Source: an uncultured Pseudomonadales bacterium (GTDB lineage: Bacteria > Pseudomonadota > Gammaproteobacteria > Pseudomonadales > Porticoccaceae). From it: a stretch of 64,000 bases of DNA. The first letter of the stretch is position 1; every line of letters begins with the position of its first letter. The stretch is taken from contig CALSQH010000005.1 of the NCBI GenBank assembly GCA_943788445.1, positions 3,263-67,262 of the forward strand, read 5' to 3'. Under the pieces are notes generated by a model that was given only the letters and a program-made list of their open reading frames with translations, was not told where the DNA came from and did not search any database. This document shows positions 19,429 through 31,201 of the stretch, piece after piece. The position numbers were made by a program, and so were the translations under genes.

Positions 19429-20613
19429 CTATATAAGCTCTAAACCGATTTTTAGATCATTCTTAATATCTATAATATCTTCTAAGCCAACTGCAACACG
19501 AATTAAGTTATCGGTAATCCCAGCTTGCAGGCGGTCTTCGTCGCTAAGGCGGCCATGAGTCGTCGTCGCTGGGTGCACGATAGTGGTTTTGGTATCACCA
19601 AGATTAGCGGTAAGAGAGATAACCTTAGTGCTATCCAAAACGCGCCAGGCCTCTGTACGACCTCCTTCGACACAAAAGGAAACCACACCGCCGAAATCAC
19701 TCTGCTGTTTTTTCGCCAGCTGATGACCCGGGTGATCTTCAAGACCAGCATAAAAGACCTTAGTCACCATAGGATGGGCATTAAGCCAAGAGGCAAGCTC
19801 TGCGGCATTTGCCGAATGGGCTTGCATACGAATACGCAAGGTCTCCAAACCTTTAAGGAAAATCCAAGCATTAAACGGGCTCATACTTGGCCCCGCGGCA
19901 CGTAAAAAGCCAACTACTTTGTTCATCAATTCATGACTGCCGACCACAGCACCACCGAGGCAGCGGCCTTGCCCATCCAGATATTTAGTCGCCGAGTGGA
20001 CAACAATATCCGCACCCCAGTTAAGTGGTTTTTGCAGAACCGGCGTACAGAAACAGTTATCCACCACAAATAATGCACCCGCCTGTTTTGATATTGCAGA
20101 GAGTGCTTCAAGGTCAGCAATTTCAGACATCGGATTGGATGGGGTCTCGCAAAACAGCATCTTAGTGTTGGGCTGAATTGCCTGCTGCCATGCGCTCAAA
20201 TCAGTCAATGCCACATAGGTCACTTCGACACCAAACTTGATGATGTAGTTATTGAGCATAACTCGGGTACTGCCAAACACATCCTGCGAACAGATAATAT
20301 GATCGCCAGATTGCAGCAGAGCCATAACAACACTGAGGGTTGCAGCCATGCCAGAAGCTGTCGCGACGGCCTGCTCACCCTCTTCCATCGCCGCCAGACG
20401 TTCTTCAAAAGCGCGCACGGTTGGGTTGGTATAGCGTGAGTAAACATTGCCCTCAACCTCATTGCTAAAGTGCTTGGCAGCCATCTCGGCATTTTCAAAC
20501 AGATAGCTTGAGGTCAGAAACAGGGCCTCTGAATGCTCATTCTCATGAGTACGCTGATAACCCGCGCGAATAGCGAGGGTATCCTGCTGTAACTTATCAT
20601 CGTGGGCTGACAT
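19429..20613 (-). CDS. metZ: O-succinylhomoserine sulfhydrylase
   Basis: YSRYTNPTV and [12 protein letters not shown] (PLP lysine); directly follows purF. Confidence 0.95.
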   Translation of the reverse strand: MSAHDDKLQQDTLAIRAGYQRTHENEHSEALFLTSSYLFENAEMAAKHFSNEVEGNVYSRYTNPTVRAFEERLAAMEEGEQAVATASGMAATLSVVMALLQSGDHIICSQDVFGSTRVMLNNYIIKFGVEVTYVALTDLSAWQQAIQPNTKMLFCETPSNPMSEIADLEALSAISKQAGALFVVDNCFCTPVLQKPLNWGADIVVHSATKYLDGQGRCLGGAVVGSHELMNKVVGFLRAAGPSMSPFNAWIFLKGLETLRIRMQAHSANAAELASWLNAHPMVTKVFYAGLEDHPGHQLAKKQQSDFGGVVSFCVEGGRTEAWRVLDSTKVISLTANLGDTKTTIVHPATTTHGRLSDEDRLQAGITDNLIRVAVGLEDIIDIKNDLKIGLELI

Positions 20614-20634
20614 GTTTTATCCCGGGGTTTTTCT

Positions 20635-22170
20635 CTAATTAGTCGAGCTATTGTTATTGTGTATACCAATAATCGAATCTTTCTTCGTCTCAGCACTAAC
20701 ATCTGTTTTTTGTTTTGCAGAGTCATTGCGCTGGGCTTCAATTCGGCTTAAGTAGACTTCATCGATATCACCGGTAATATATTTGCCGTCAAACACCGAA
20801 CATTCAAAGCGTTTGATATCAGTGTTACCTTCGATGCCAGAATCAATAAGATCCTGCAAATCCTGATAGACAATCCAATCGGCACCAATTAAATCGCCTA
20901 CTTCAGCATCAGTACGACCGTGAGCGATTAATTCTGAGGCCGACGGCATATCAATACCATAGACATTAGGATACCGTACACCAGGAGCCGCTGAGGCCAT
21001 ATAAACATTGTTGGCACCGGCATCGCGAGCCATTTGAATAATTTCCTGCGAGGTAGTCCCGCGTACAATCGAGTCATCCACCAAGAGAACATTCTTTCCG
21101 GCAAATTCGAGTTTTACCGCATTGAGCTTTTGACGAACAGATTTTTTGCGCTCCGTCTGGCCCGGCATAATAAAGGTGCGGCCGATATAGCGGTTCTTCA
21201 TAAAGCCTTCACGCAATTTTATGCCCAGTCGCTCGGCCATGGCCTGCGCCGATACACGGCTGGTATCCGGAATAGGAATAACCACATCAATATCGTGATC
21301 AGGTTTTTCACGGACTAATTTATCAGCCAGCTTCTCGCCCATTCGCAGGCGGCATTTGTAGACTGAAATATTATCGATTAAAGAATCGGGTCGGGCAAAA
21401 TAAACATGCTCGAAAATACAGGGGACCAGTTCGTGTTTTTTTGCGCATTGCTGTAAATGAATCTGACCCGATTTATCGACAAACAAAGCTTCGCCTGGAT
21501 CCAAATCACGAATAAGTTCAAACCCTAAGCTATCCAGCACAACAGACTCAGACACCACCGCATATTCAGTTCCTGTCTCGGTTTCGCGCTTACCAAAACA
21601 CAGCGGACGAATGCCGTAGACATCGCGAAACGCAAACATACCGTAGTTGGCAATAAGGCCAACCACTGCATAGGCTCCGCGGCAGCGGTCGTGCACATGA
21701 GTAACGGCGGCAAATATATCTTCACTGGTTGGCTCCAGCTTTCTGCGCGACTGCAGCTCATGGGCAAAGACATTGAGCAGTACTTCAGAGTCGGAGTCTG
21801 TATTCAGGTGACGTAAATCATCGCGAAAGATATTGTGACGTAACTCAGCGGCATTGGTGAGATTACCGTTATGGGCAATAAAAATCCCATAGGGCGAATT
21901 CACATACATTGGCTGTGCCAAGGCAGGCCCAGAGCTACCCGCCGTCGGATAGCGAACATGGCCGATACCCACATTGCCGACCAGACGCATCATATGGCTG
22001 CGACGGAATACATCTCGCGCCAAGCCCTCGCCCTTGCACTGATGAAGCTCACCCTCAGCTTCTGTAACAATACCGGCGGCATCCTGACCGCGATGCTGCA
22101 ACATGGTCAAGGCATCATAAAGCCGTAAATTAACACTCGAAGTTCCAGAAATTCCTACTACACCGCACAT
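20635..22170 (-). CDS. purF: Amidophosphoribosyltransferase
   Basis: MCGVVG N-terminus, [19 protein letters not shown]. Confidence 0.98.
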   Translation of the reverse strand: MCGVVGISGTSSVNLRLYDALTMLQHRGQDAAGIVTEAEGELHQCKGEGLARDVFRRSHMMRLVGNVGIGHVRYPTAGSSGPALAQPMYVNSPYGIFIAHNGNLTNAAELRHNIFRDDLRHLNTDSDSEVLLNVFAHELQSRRKLEPTSEDIFAAVTHVHDRCRGAYAVVGLIANYGMFAFRDVYGIRPLCFGKRETETGTEYAVVSESVVLDSLGFELIRDLDPGEALFVDKSGQIHLQQCAKKHELVPCIFEHVYFARPDSLIDNISVYKCRLRMGEKLADKLVREKPDHDIDVVIPIPDTSRVSAQAMAERLGIKLREGFMKNRYIGRTFIMPGQTERKKSVRQKLNAVKLEFAGKNVLLVDDSIVRGTTSQEIIQMARDAGANNVYMASAAPGVRYPNVYGIDMPSASELIAHGRTDAEVGDLIGADWIVYQDLQDLIDSGIEGNTDIKRFECSVFDGKYITGDIDEVYLSRIEAQRNDSAKQKTDVSAETKKDSIIGIHNNNSSTN

Positions 22171-22173
22171 CTT

Positions 22174-22674
22174 TTAGACCCAACCCATTATAAAATCTTT
22201 AACCGCCGCGGCCGTTTCCGTTCCCCAGTCTGCAAAACTCTGGAAGACAGGAATTAACGCCGAAGCTTGCCACCAGGAATCCTGATCGACTGGCAGCGCT
22301 TTGGGTAAAATAATTACCAGCGCCAAAACAATCAATAGTCCCCTGAAAACCCCAAAAATCAGCCCTAACATCCTGTCTGTTCCGCTCAATCCCGTCGAGC
22401 TAACCAGTTTCCCCAATAAATAATTAACCATACTGCCCAGCAACAGTGTGCCGATAAACAAAAGCCCCCAGGCTGCCAACTGTCTGAGCGAAGCCAAACT
22501 TATAAAATTCACCAACAGCTCTGAGACCGGCTCTTTAAAATTCATCGCCACAGCAAATGCCGCAATCCAAATAACCAGAGACATGGCCTCTTTGATAAAA
22601 CCCCGCACCAAACTGATCAGTGCCGAAATCACCAGTATCCCAAAGATCACCCAGTCCACTGTTGCTATATCCAT
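22174..22674 (-). CDS. cvpA: CvpA family (colicin V production) membrane protein
   Basis: RGFIKEAMSL and GLSGTDRMLG; upstream of purF. Confidence 0.95.
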   Translation of the reverse strand: MDIATVDWVIFGILVISALISLVRGFIKEAMSLVIWIAAFAVAMNFKEPVSELLVNFISLASLRQLAAWGLLFIGTLLLGSMVNYLLGKLVSSTGLSGTDRMLGLIFGVFRGLLIVLALVIILPKALPVDQDSWWQASALIPVFQSFADWGTETAAAVKDFIMGWV

Positions 22675-22712
22675 AATCGAGCCGTCCTCTCCAAGCTATC
22701 CTTTAGAAAATC

Positions 22713-23234
22713 CTAGGGCACATATTGCAGAACAATTGAGTCCGTAGAGAAATTACTATCAATCTTGGCCTTCTCAGCCATTGCTCTGCGCTTGTCCGCC
22801 TTGGGGCCGACAAACACACGAAAAAAGGTTTTATTATCAATCACTGCTGCTTTAACGAAAGCCTTAAAGCCACTGTCACGAAGCTGTTGCATTAGATTTA
22901 CAGCCTTATCCTGCTCTTCAAAACTACCCGCCTGAAGAACCCAGTGACGGAGTAAATCATTTTCATCTAAGCCGTAAAAGGTTTCACTGGTGTCGTTTGC
23001 AGGCTGGGATTTGACGACATCAAACAGCGTATCTGTTTCGCCTAATTTGGCAGAATTATCAGGACGTTGCGCTTTGGCAACATCGATCGATTTAATTTCA
23101 GGAGCGGCGGGTAATTTACTGGTGCGATCTATTTTAAGAGGGTCTGCGAAGTCAAAGATAATCGGCAGAATAATCAAGCCGAGGGCACCCAAAACCAGTG
23201 CACCAATAATTCGCTGCTGTAAACCATTACTCAT
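22713..23234 (-). CDS. dedD: SPOR-domain cell division protein
   Basis: QRIIGALVL TM anchor, SPOR WVLQAGSF...RVFVGP; between folC and cvpA. Confidence 0.88.
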   Translation of the reverse strand: MSNGLQQRIIGALVLGALGLIILPIIFDFADPLKIDRTSKLPAAPEIKSIDVAKAQRPDNSAKLGETDTLFDVVKSQPANDTSETFYGLDENDLLRHWVLQAGSFEEQDKAVNLMQQLRDSGFKAFVKAAVIDNKTFFRVFVGPKADKRRAMAEKAKIDSNFSTDSIVLQYVP

Positions 23235-24595
23235 TGAACAGTCCCATCAATATTTTGTTTTGATTGTTGCTGCAATTCATCATGTAAATAAAGCACTGCT
23301 GATACGCTATAAAATGAGCCAAACACAACCACCGTATCATCTGCCGTCGCCTCATAATGGGCGGTTATAAATGCCTCTTCAAGCGTTTCATGCAAGGTAC
23401 CTGAGAGACCCGCATTGTATAACACTTCTAACAGAGTTTGGCCTTTAGTCGCTCTATCCGTGTCGCTTATTTCCGCGATGCGCCACTGATCAATAATTTC
23501 GCTCAAAGGCTCGACAATACCTGACCAATCTTTGTCCGACAAAACCGAAGCCACAGCGATATAACGCCCCGCAATCGGCGGCAAATTTTTCGCTAAAGCC
23601 ACAGCCGCAGCAGGATTATGAGCGACATCAAGAACAACCTTAACGCCATTAAACTCAAGCGACTGTTGACGTCCAGTCAAAATCAGACCGTTCAGCGCAT
23701 GGATAACATTGTTATGGTCTAGATCAAAGCCAGCACAGATTAGCGCCTGTACAGCCAGGGTTTTATTGATTGGCAACAAACCAGACACCGGCAGACCCAC
23801 GAACTCTAGAGGCTGCCCATCAGTAGAGAGCTCTCCAACAGAAAGCTCTCCAACAGAACGCTCTCCAATAGAGAGCACTTCAATAGCAAACTGATCCTCG
23901 TGCAAATCAATCGAAAAATCGACCCCAACCAACAGCGCCTGCGCACCGGTTTCAGCAATCATCTGATCAAAACCTTGCGGGCTATCAGATTCACCAATCA
24001 CCAGCGGCCTGCCAGCACGAGCAATGCCAAGCTTCTCGACCGCTATCAGTTCACGGGTGTTACCCAGCCAAGCTTGGTGATCGAGGGCAATACTAGTAAC
24101 CACTGCCACATCTGCATCAATAATATTAATCGCATCAAGACGGCCGCCCAGCCCTACTTCAAGCAAGATAATATCTAAATCCGCATCGGCAAAAATCAAC
24201 AGCGCAGCCAGAGTGCCAAATTCAAAGTAGGTTAAAGAGATCTGCCCTCGAGCAAGTTCAATTTCAGCAAAAGCAGCAACAATTAAATCATCGTAAACGG
24301 GCTGACCCTGCACAGAGATACGTTCGTTGTAAGCAATAAAATGCGGTGAAGTTGTGGCGCCAACGCGATAGCCATGCTGCAACATAATCGCCTGCATACT
24401 GGCAATACAGGAACCTTTCCCATTGGTACCAGCGACAGTTATCGCAGTAGGTAATACAAGCGGGGTTTTCTTATCTAGACGACGCGCAATAATCTCAGAC
24501 CAAACCGCGGCTACACGGTCTAGTCCTAAATCAATCTCGCTGGGGTGCCGTGCTTCTAGCAGAGTCAACCACTCCGCTAGACAGCGATCAGGCAT
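23231..24595 (-). CDS. folC: Folylpolyglutamate synthase/dihydrofolate synthase
   Basis: [34 protein letters not shown]. Start at ATG 24595 overlaps the accD stop. Confidence 0.96.
   Translation of the reverse strand: MPDRCLAEWLTLLEARHPSEIDLGLDRVAAVWSEIIARRLDKKTPLVLPTAITVAGTNGKGSCIASMQAIMLQHGYRVGATTSPHFIAYNERISVQGQPVYDDLIVAAFAEIELARGQISLTYFEFGTLAALLIFADADLDIILLEVGLGGRLDAINIIDADVAVVTSIALDHQAWLGNTRELIAVEKLGIARAGRPLVIGESDSPQGFDQMIAETGAQALLVGVDFSIDLHEDQFAIEVLSIGERSVGELSVGELSTDGQPLEFVGLPVSGLLPINKTLAVQALICAGFDLDHNNVIHALNGLILTGRQQSLEFNGVKVVLDVAHNPAAAVALAKNLPPIAGRYIAVASVLSDKDWSGIVEPLSEIIDQWRIAEISDTDRATKGQTLLEVLYNAGLSGTLHETLEEAFITAHYEATADDTVVVFGSFYSVSAVLYLHDELQQQSKQNIDGTVQ
23830..23889. repeat. In-frame 15-nt tandem repeat (4 units) inside folC
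   Basis: gctctccaacagaaa / gctctccaacagaac / gctctccaatagaga / gcacttcaatagcaa, encoding [16 protein letters not shown]. Confidence 0.85.
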
Positions 24596-25460
24596 CGACG
24601 GGTTCAGGTAGATTAACAAACTTGGAAAGAATACTGGCTAAACGATCGCGCATTTCATTACGCGCAACAATCATATCAATCTGACCCTTGTCCAACAGGA
24701 ACTCACTGCGCTGAAAGCCCTTGGGCAATTTCTGACGAATGGTCTGTTCAATGATATTGGGGCCGGCAAAGCCTGCACGAGCTCCGGGTTCGGCGACATT
24801 CAAATCACCCAACATGGCCAGACTGGCAGATACGCCACCGTAGACAGGGTCGGTCATAACCGACACATAGGGTACGCCAGAAGCTTTTAAACGCTCCAAA
24901 ATAGCACTGGTTTTAGCCATCTGCATCAACGAGATAAGCGCTTCCTGCATACGTGCGCCACCCGTGGCAGAGAAACAGATCAGGGGCTTGTTTTCGGCCA
25001 GTGCCAATTTCGCTGCGCGGGTAAATTTCTCACCCACTGCGTAACCCATAGAACCACCGTGGAAGGCAAACTCAAAGGCAACTGCGACTACGGGAATACC
25101 TTTGACACTGCCACTCATAGCAATCAGAGCATCTTTCTCACCGGTTTTCTTCTGGGCATCGGTCAAACGGTCTTTGTATTTTTTAACATCGCGAAATTTG
25201 AGTCTATCAATAGCCACAACATCTTCGGCAATTTCACTGCGGCCGCCACTGTCGAGGAAGATATCCAAGCGGCGACGAGCACCAATACGCATATGATGTT
25301 CACATTTAGGACAGACATCCAGATTGCGTTCAAGCTCTGGACGATAAAGGGGTGAGGCACACTTTGGACACTTTTTCCAAAGCCCCTCTGGTACAGCATT
25401 TGAACGTTCAGTATTTTCCGCCGCTGGACCTGCGGGTCGAATGCGTTTCAACCAATTCAT
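24588..25460 (-). CDS. accD: Acetyl-CoA carboxylase carboxyltransferase beta subunit
   Basis: [11 protein letters not shown] zinc finger, [18 protein letters not shown]. Confidence 0.97.
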   Translation of the reverse strand: MNWLKRIRPAGPAAENTERSNAVPEGLWKKCPKCASPLYRPELERNLDVCPKCEHHMRIGARRRLDIFLDSGGRSEIAEDVVAIDRLKFRDVKKYKDRLTDAQKKTGEKDALIAMSGSVKGIPVVAVAFEFAFHGGSMGYAVGEKFTRAAKLALAENKPLICFSATGGARMQEALISLMQMAKTSAILERLKASGVPYVSVMTDPVYGGVSASLAMLGDLNVAEPGARAGFAGPNIIEQTIRQKLPKGFQRSEFLLDKGQIDMIVARNEMRDRLASILSKFVNLPEPVDA

Positions 25461-25578
25461 TTATTTCCCTTACGCCATCTGAATGAAATATTAATATCTT
25501 AAGCTTAGTGCTTTTCTAAGGTGTGCAGTTTAACACGACAGGCAGACAGTTAAACACCGCCTAAAATTATTTTTGCCT

Positions 25579-26199
25579 CTAGGCTACTGCCCGAGCATTA
25601 TTGATAAATGCACGTACTTTTTTCTCATCTTTAATTCCCGGCGACTCCTCAACCCCACCGCTGACATCGACCATATCAGGCCGCGCTGCAGCCACGGCCT
25701 CAGCGACATTAAACGGTGTTAAACCACCGGCAAGAATCAAATGAAAATCTCGTTCACTGGGCAAACGCTGCCAATCAAACTGCTCTCCAGTCCCCCCATA
25801 TTGATTGGGGTTCCATGCATCAAACAACAACCCATAAGTATTGTAATAAGCGCGCGCTTCAGCGGGGATATCTAGGTCGTCGCGCATACGCAGCGCGCGA
25901 ATATAAGGAAAGTCGAACTGCTGGCAAAAGTCTGCACTTTCATCGCCGTGAAACTGCAATAAATCGGGTTTAACCTCGGCTATAACCTGTTTAACAAACT
26001 CTTTGTCCGCATTGACCAGCAGCACCACACAGAGCGTGTCAGTTGCAATAACCGCACGCAACGCGATGGCCTGTTGCAAATCCACATAGCGGGAGCTTTT
26101 CGAATACATCACCAAACCCAGTGCATCTGCACCAGCCTGCTGTGCCATCAAGGCATCTTCAACACGAGTAATACCGCAAATTTTAACCTGTACAGACAT
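25579..26199 (-). CDS. trpF: Phosphoribosylanthranilate isomerase
   Basis: VKICGIT, QFHGDES, GGTGEQFDW, LAGGL, DVSGGVE. Confidence 0.97.
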   Translation of the reverse strand: MSVQVKICGITRVEDALMAQQAGADALGLVMYSKSSRYVDLQQAIALRAVIATDTLCVVLLVNADKEFVKQVIAEVKPDLLQFHGDESADFCQQFDFPYIRALRMRDDLDIPAEARAYYNTYGLLFDAWNPNQYGGTGEQFDWQRLPSERDFHLILAGGLTPFNVAEAVAAARPDMVDVSGGVEESPGIKDEKKVRAFINNARAVA

Positions 26200-26267
26200 T
26201 CTTATACTCTCAATAATTTACTTTAATTAATTTCTATAACCCATTGAATTTAATAAGCTTAATGACG

Positions 26268-27131
26268 TCATATCACAGTAGGCAAAAACAGTGGCCCGCG
26301 AGGTATAGGCGCAATTGCAAAATTCTCAGGATAAACAACATCCACCAGATATAGACCATTTGGGGCTGCCGTAGCAGCACTTTTACAGCGGTCTTTGCCG
26401 TCGATTAACTCTGCGATCCAATCCGGCTGCTTACGCCCAAAACCAACCTCCATCAGAGAGCCAACCATATTACGGATCATATGTAATACGAAAGCATTAG
26501 CCGATACTTCAAAGACTATCAACTGACCAACCCGAATAATTTTTGCACGGGTGATATTTCGAAACGGCGAATGGGACTGACAGCCAGCACCGCGAAAAGC
26601 TGAGAAATCCTGCTCACCTAACAAATACTGACAGGCCTCTTGCATAGGTTCAATATCCAGTGGATAGCGAACCCAAGTCAAGCCCTGCGAAAGTATCGCC
26701 GGACGCGCGCAAGAGGCGTGCATAACATATCTGTAGGTACGCGAGGTTGCGCTAAAGCGCGCATGAAAGCTCTCCGGCACCTGCTCTGCCCAGAGCAGTG
26801 AGATACTATCCGGCAACTGACTGTTAGCCCCCTTTAGCCAATTGCGGCCAGTTCGCTCAGCGGCCGTATCAAAGTGAATCACCTGATAGCTGGCATGCAC
26901 AGCGGTATCTGTCCGCCCTGCGCAACTGACTACAAGCTCTGCATTGGCCACCGAACTCAGCGCACGCTCTAACTCTTGTTGCACCGAGGGGCTGTGCTTT
27001 TGTTTTTGAAAGCCACAAAAAGCACTGCCGTCGTAAGATACGACGGCAGCATAGCGTTTGATTCCGACTGGAAGGTTCTGACCTTCGGGAATCTTACAAT
27101 TTGGGGTATATACCCAATCTAATTCTGACAT
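26268..27131 (-). CDS. truA: tRNA pseudouridine(38-40) synthase
   Basis: CAGRTDTAVHA, FHARFSA, NAFVLHMIR. Confidence 0.97.
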   Translation of the reverse strand: MSELDWVYTPNCKIPEGQNLPVGIKRYAAVVSYDGSAFCGFQKQKHSPSVQQELERALSSVANAELVVSCAGRTDTAVHASYQVIHFDTAAERTGRNWLKGANSQLPDSISLLWAEQVPESFHARFSATSRTYRYVMHASCARPAILSQGLTWVRYPLDIEPMQEACQYLLGEQDFSAFRGAGCQSHSPFRNITRAKIIRVGQLIVFEVSANAFVLHMIRNMVGSLMEVGFGRKQPDWIAELIDGKDRCKSAATAAPNGLYLVDVVYPENFAIAPIPRGPLFLPTVI

Positions 27132-27153
27132 GGGAGAAATTATACACAGTCAT

Positions 27154-29592
27154 TTAAACAGTCTCTAGCAAAGCCTTTGCCTTTGCCTTGCCATCTTCGT
27201 CAGAGTCTTCAATCAACTCCTCAAGAATCTCCTTAGCACCCTCAGGGTCACCCATCTCAAGATAGGTTTTTGCCAAGTCGAGCTTGACGTCGACAGCGCT
27301 CTGATCATCGGCACCATCGAATCCAGAAAACTCATCGACAAGTTGATCGCTTAGAGGCTCAAACTTTTGATCTTCCTGCTCTTGAACAGGCTCGGGGGTT
27401 TCTATAACTGGCTCAGGCTGTTCTTGTTCTAGCTCAGGTTCTTCGATAAGCGGCTCAGGCTCTCCTATAACAGGCTCAGGCTGTTCTGCAGGCTCAATAT
27501 CAAAATCATCGGCAGTTAAATTATCCAGGTCAAGGTCTTCCAGCTCATCGCCTTCAAACTCAACACCCTCTATATCGATATCGTCCAAGTCGAGCTCTGT
27601 AAGATCAACACTGCCCAGCCCCAGATCCTCAAAGTCGGAACTCTGAAAATCAAGCCCCTCTAACTCTGAAGCAACAGATTCATCAGAGATCGACACCACC
27701 GCATCAGGGTGGGTGTCAGGGCCAACAATAATGGCCGCCATCTCAATTTCCGACTCATCCCCAGTCGCTTTAATTTCATCAAATAGCGGTCTAAGCTCAT
27801 CTTTCCGATTCTCACGAAATAGTACTTCCATCAATTTCAGACGCGAAGAAGCATCGGCGGGATCCTGTTCTCGCGCCTCTTCAAGCACCTCAATAGCTTC
27901 AGCGGTTTTACCAAGTGACAGATAGACATCAGCCTCGGCAACAGCCTCAACCATCATGTCAAAAACTTCAGGATTAACAGGCTGATCTTGGTTTTCGAAA
28001 ATATCAGTATCTGACTCATCGAATAAATCATCGTCTGGATTTAACTCCAGATCATCGAGAGCATGTAATTGGTTATTATTGGAGGCACTGGGTGCATGTG
28101 CTTTATCATCATAGGCTTCATAGCCACCATCCATCGACAGATTATCACCGAGCGCCTTGGACTCCTGATCTTTGGATGACTTGCGAACCAACAGCACCAG
28201 TAGGAATAAAATAATGGCAATCAACAGCAGCCAGAAATACGACGGCACTGCAGATAGCTGCTGCGTTAGACTCTGATTATCTGGATTGCCCTGCTGAGTA
28301 TTGTCTGCAGCGCTGGCCGCTTCAACCATACCAACAGTAGTAGAGCTGGGTTTCTCAGACTGACTGAGCAGAGCCGCCATAGTAGCAACCTGCGCTTCCA
28401 GAAGAGCCAATCGCTCACGTAGTTCAATATTTTCCTGCTGTACTTTATTTGCTTCATCACTGGCAACAGCTAGCTCTTCGGCCAACTGGTTGATCTGATT
28501 CGTCTCGCCAGAACCGGACTGGCTACTCGCATCCGTCACTGAAGACTGGTCGTCAATCGCCCCATCGGCCTCAGGTTGCTGATCATCAAGCTGTTGACTA
28601 TCAAGCTGTCCACTATCAAAAGCCGAGGCAAGCTCAAGGCGACCATCGTCTAGCAATGGCTGATCTTCATCAAACGCATAATTGTCGTTATCAGATGGCT
28701 GATTGGCCTGCTCCAGAGCCGACTCTAGCTCTGCGGAAGCTATAGAAGGGTTTTTAAGACCAATCTGCGCGGCAACTGTATTGCCAGCCTCAAGACTAAT
28801 CTCATCAAAAGAAGGTAAGCGCAAAATAGAACCGGCTTTTATACGGTTAGCATCGCCCTCGACAAAGGCGTCAGAGTTTTGGCGATACAGCGAATCCATG
28901 GTTTGCAGGATTGTGGTATTTCTAGGACGCAAACGTTTCGCGACATTCCACAGCGTATCCCCAACGATCACCCTGTGCTCGTCTCCGGAAAGCGGCTTCC
29001 GTGGTGGCTCGGCTGATTGCCCTACTATTTGCCCTACTGTTTGCTCTACTGCCTGACCAAAACCAGACGAGCCACTTTGCACCGAAGGCGAGGCTTGCTG
29101 TGCAGGAGCAGATTGAGAAGCAAGGCCAACCTGCTTTGCCTGATCCCCGGCATCACTATAAATCGGCAGATCCAACAGTAATGTATATTCCCGCATAACA
29201 CGACCCGCGGGCCACTGCAGCTGAACAAGAAAATCTAAATAGGGTTCGACAACTGGCTGTTTGGTAACAATTTTAATAATATGCAGATCAGAACTATCAC
29301 GATAGATTGAGAACTGCATTTGATTAAGGAAAAAGCCACGGCTGATACCCGCACGTTCAAAAGATTCCGCCGAGGCCAGAGATACCAACAGCTGACCTTC
29401 ATCAAGATCTGCAGAGCTGAGCACCTTAATATCGGCATCCAACGGCTCATTAAGCGAAGAATTAAGCGTTATCTCACCAAGACCTAAAGCCATTAGCGAT
29501 GGCGTTGCGAACAACAGGCAAGCCATAAACACCGCTTTCACCTGCACATTAAATTTCCCTGTAAACACCATCGACCAACTCCGTATTGTCAT
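27154..29592 (-). CDS. fimV: FimV/HubP polar landmark protein
   Basis: ALGLGEITLNSSLNEPL, LysM-like HRVIVGDTLW, coiled coil, TM, acidic region, C-terminal KLDLAKTYLEMGD. Exact start uncertain. Confidence 0.92.
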   Translation of the reverse strand: MTIRSWSMVFTGKFNVQVKAVFMACLLFATPSLMALGLGEITLNSSLNEPLDADIKVLSSADLDEGQLLVSLASAESFERAGISRGFFLNQMQFSIYRDSSDLHIIKIVTKQPVVEPYLDFLVQLQWPAGRVMREYTLLLDLPIYSDAGDQAKQVGLASQSAPAQQASPSVQSGSSGFGQAVEQTVGQIVGQSAEPPRKPLSGDEHRVIVGDTLWNVAKRLRPRNTTILQTMDSLYRQNSDAFVEGDANRIKAGSILRLPSFDEISLEAGNTVAAQIGLKNPSIASAELESALEQANQPSDNDNYAFDEDQPLLDDGRLELASAFDSGQLDSQQLDDQQPEADGAIDDQSSVTDASSQSGSGETNQINQLAEELAVASDEANKVQQENIELRERLALLEAQVATMAALLSQSEKPSSTTVGMVEAASAADNTQQGNPDNQSLTQQLSAVPSYFWLLLIAIILFLLVLLVRKSSKDQESKALGDNLSMDGGYEAYDDKAHAPSASNNNQLHALDDLELNPDDDLFDESDTDIFENQDQPVNPEVFDMMVEAVAEADVYLSLGKTAEAIEVLEEAREQDPADASSRLKLMEVLFRENRKDELRPLFDEIKATGDESEIEMAAIIVGPDTHPDAVVSISDESVASELEGLDFQSSDFEDLGLGSVDLTELDLDDIDIEGVEFEGDELEDLDLDNLTADDFDIEPAEQPEPVIGEPEPLIEEPELEQEQPEPVIETPEPVQEQEDQKFEPLSDQLVDEFSGFDGADDQSAVDVKLDLAKTYLEMGDPEGAKEILEELIEDSDEDGKAKAKALLETV

Positions 29593-29724
29593 GACAATTT
29601 TCCTAATTTAAAGACGCTTTAATATGCAGGGTACAATAAATGTTTAGACAAAAATCTGCAATATTTCGCAACACCGCTAACCCTTAAGTCTTAGCACATT
29701 ATTGTAGCCTTTAATTAAAGGCTT

Positions 29725-30837
29725 TTAATCTTCAATAACAATCCGCAACATACGTCGCAAAGGCTCCGCAGCGCCCCACAACAACTGATCGCCCACAGTG
29801 AACGCCGACAGGTACTGATCGCCCATATTCATCTTGCGCAAACGCCCCACCGGAACATCCAAACCACCGGTCACAGCCGCCGGCGTCAAATGAGCAACCG
29901 AAGACTCTTTATCATTAGGGATAACCTTAGCCCACTGATTAGCCCCAGCCAGCATAGACTCAATCTCATCCATCGGCACATCCTGAGTCAACTTAATCGT
30001 CAACGCCTGACTGTGGCAGCGCATAGAACCAATCCGCACACAGAGACCATCCAGAGGAATAGGATTGCCCTCACGGTTAAGAATCTTGTTAGTTTCCGCC
30101 TGATTCTTCCACTCTTCACGGCTCTGGCCGTTCTCAAGCTGGGAATCAATATAGGGCAGCAAACTACCGGCTAGAGGATAACCCCAGTTATCAACCGGGA
30201 AGTTATCGCTGCGTAATGTGTCAGTCACCTGACGATCAATATCCAAAATCGCCGACCCTGGGTTAGACAGCGCATCCGCAACCGACCCTTTAATCACCCC
30301 CATCTGGTTAATCAGCTCACGCATATTCTGCGCACCGGCACCAGAAGCCGCCTGATAGGTCATCGACGAAGCCCACTCCACCAGATTGGCATTAAACAAC
30401 CCGCCAAGAGACATCAGCATCAAACTAACCGTGCAGTTGCCACCGATATAATCTTTAACGCCATTGGCCAGACCATCTTTAACCACATTCATATTGACTG
30501 GATCGAGAACAATAATCGAACTGTCTTCCATACGCAGCGCCGAAGCCGCATCAATCCAATAGCCATCCCAGCCTGCACTACGCAGCTGTGGGTAAACTTT
30601 CTTGGTGTAGTCGCCACCCTGACAGGTAACAATAATATCCAACTGTGAAAGCGCATCGATATCGAAAGCACTCTGCAATAGCGGAGTCTCCACCCCCACA
30701 TCTGGCGCCGCTTGACCGGCCTGAGAAGTGGTGAAGAATATTGGCTCGATATCGGCAAAGTCGTTCTCTTCACGCATTCTGTCCATCAGCACAGAACCCA
30801 CCATGCCACGCCAACCTACAAATCCTGTTTTTTTCAT
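29725..30837 (-). CDS. asd: Aspartate-semialdehyde dehydrogenase
   Basis: [27 protein letters not shown]. Confidence 0.98.
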   Translation of the reverse strand: MKKTGFVGWRGMVGSVLMDRMREENDFADIEPIFFTTSQAGQAAPDVGVETPLLQSAFDIDALSQLDIIVTCQGGDYTKKVYPQLRSAGWDGYWIDAASALRMEDSSIIVLDPVNMNVVKDGLANGVKDYIGGNCTVSLMLMSLGGLFNANLVEWASSMTYQAASGAGAQNMRELINQMGVIKGSVADALSNPGSAILDIDRQVTDTLRSDNFPVDNWGYPLAGSLLPYIDSQLENGQSREEWKNQAETNKILNREGNPIPLDGLCVRIGSMRCHSQALTIKLTQDVPMDEIESMLAGANQWAKVIPNDKESSVAHLTPAAVTGGLDVPVGRLRKMNMGDQYLSAFTVGDQLLWGAAEPLRRMLRIVIED

Positions 30838-30920
30838 TTTTCTAAACTCTCTTAAATTTTAATTAATTCTTAGTCTTAGCCTTGACCGTTCTTCCGACCT
30901 GTCACTCGGTATCTCAGCGC

Positions 30921-31067
30921 AGCCATGGTGATCCTTTACGATCAATCAGGGCCCGCTTATGGGTTGAGCATTTTCAGGTTGAGTGAGCAACTGTTTGAGC
31001 GCAGCGAGTTTTGCGAACGCTGAAAATGCTCAACCCATGGGACCGATCGTAAAGGATCACCATGGCT
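30921..31067. repeat. Nested-hairpin element, copy 3
   Basis: 19-bp perfect outer stem, GATC junctions, 19-bp perfect inner stem, conserved central loop. Confidence 0.9.
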
Positions 31068-31103
31068 TAGCCCACACCAAAACAGCTTCGCCCACTACCA
31101 AAC

Positions 31104-31129
31104 AGATACCAGCCTTCGCTGGCATGACG
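31104..31129. repeat. CGTC-type REP palindrome
   Basis: agataccagccttcgctggcatgacg; reverse strand CGTCATGCCAGC-GAAG-GCTGGTATCT. Confidence 0.8.
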
Positions 31130-31133
31130 ATAC

Positions 31134-31200
31134 AACGCTGAAAAGAACTACCCCATGGGACCGATCGTAAAGGGTTCCCATGACTGCGCCCACACCAAAC
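31134..31200. repeat. Orphan right half of a nested-hairpin element
   Basis: Colinear with about 31017-31082; differs mainly at variable stem positions. Confidence 0.8.
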
Positions 31201-31201
31201 C

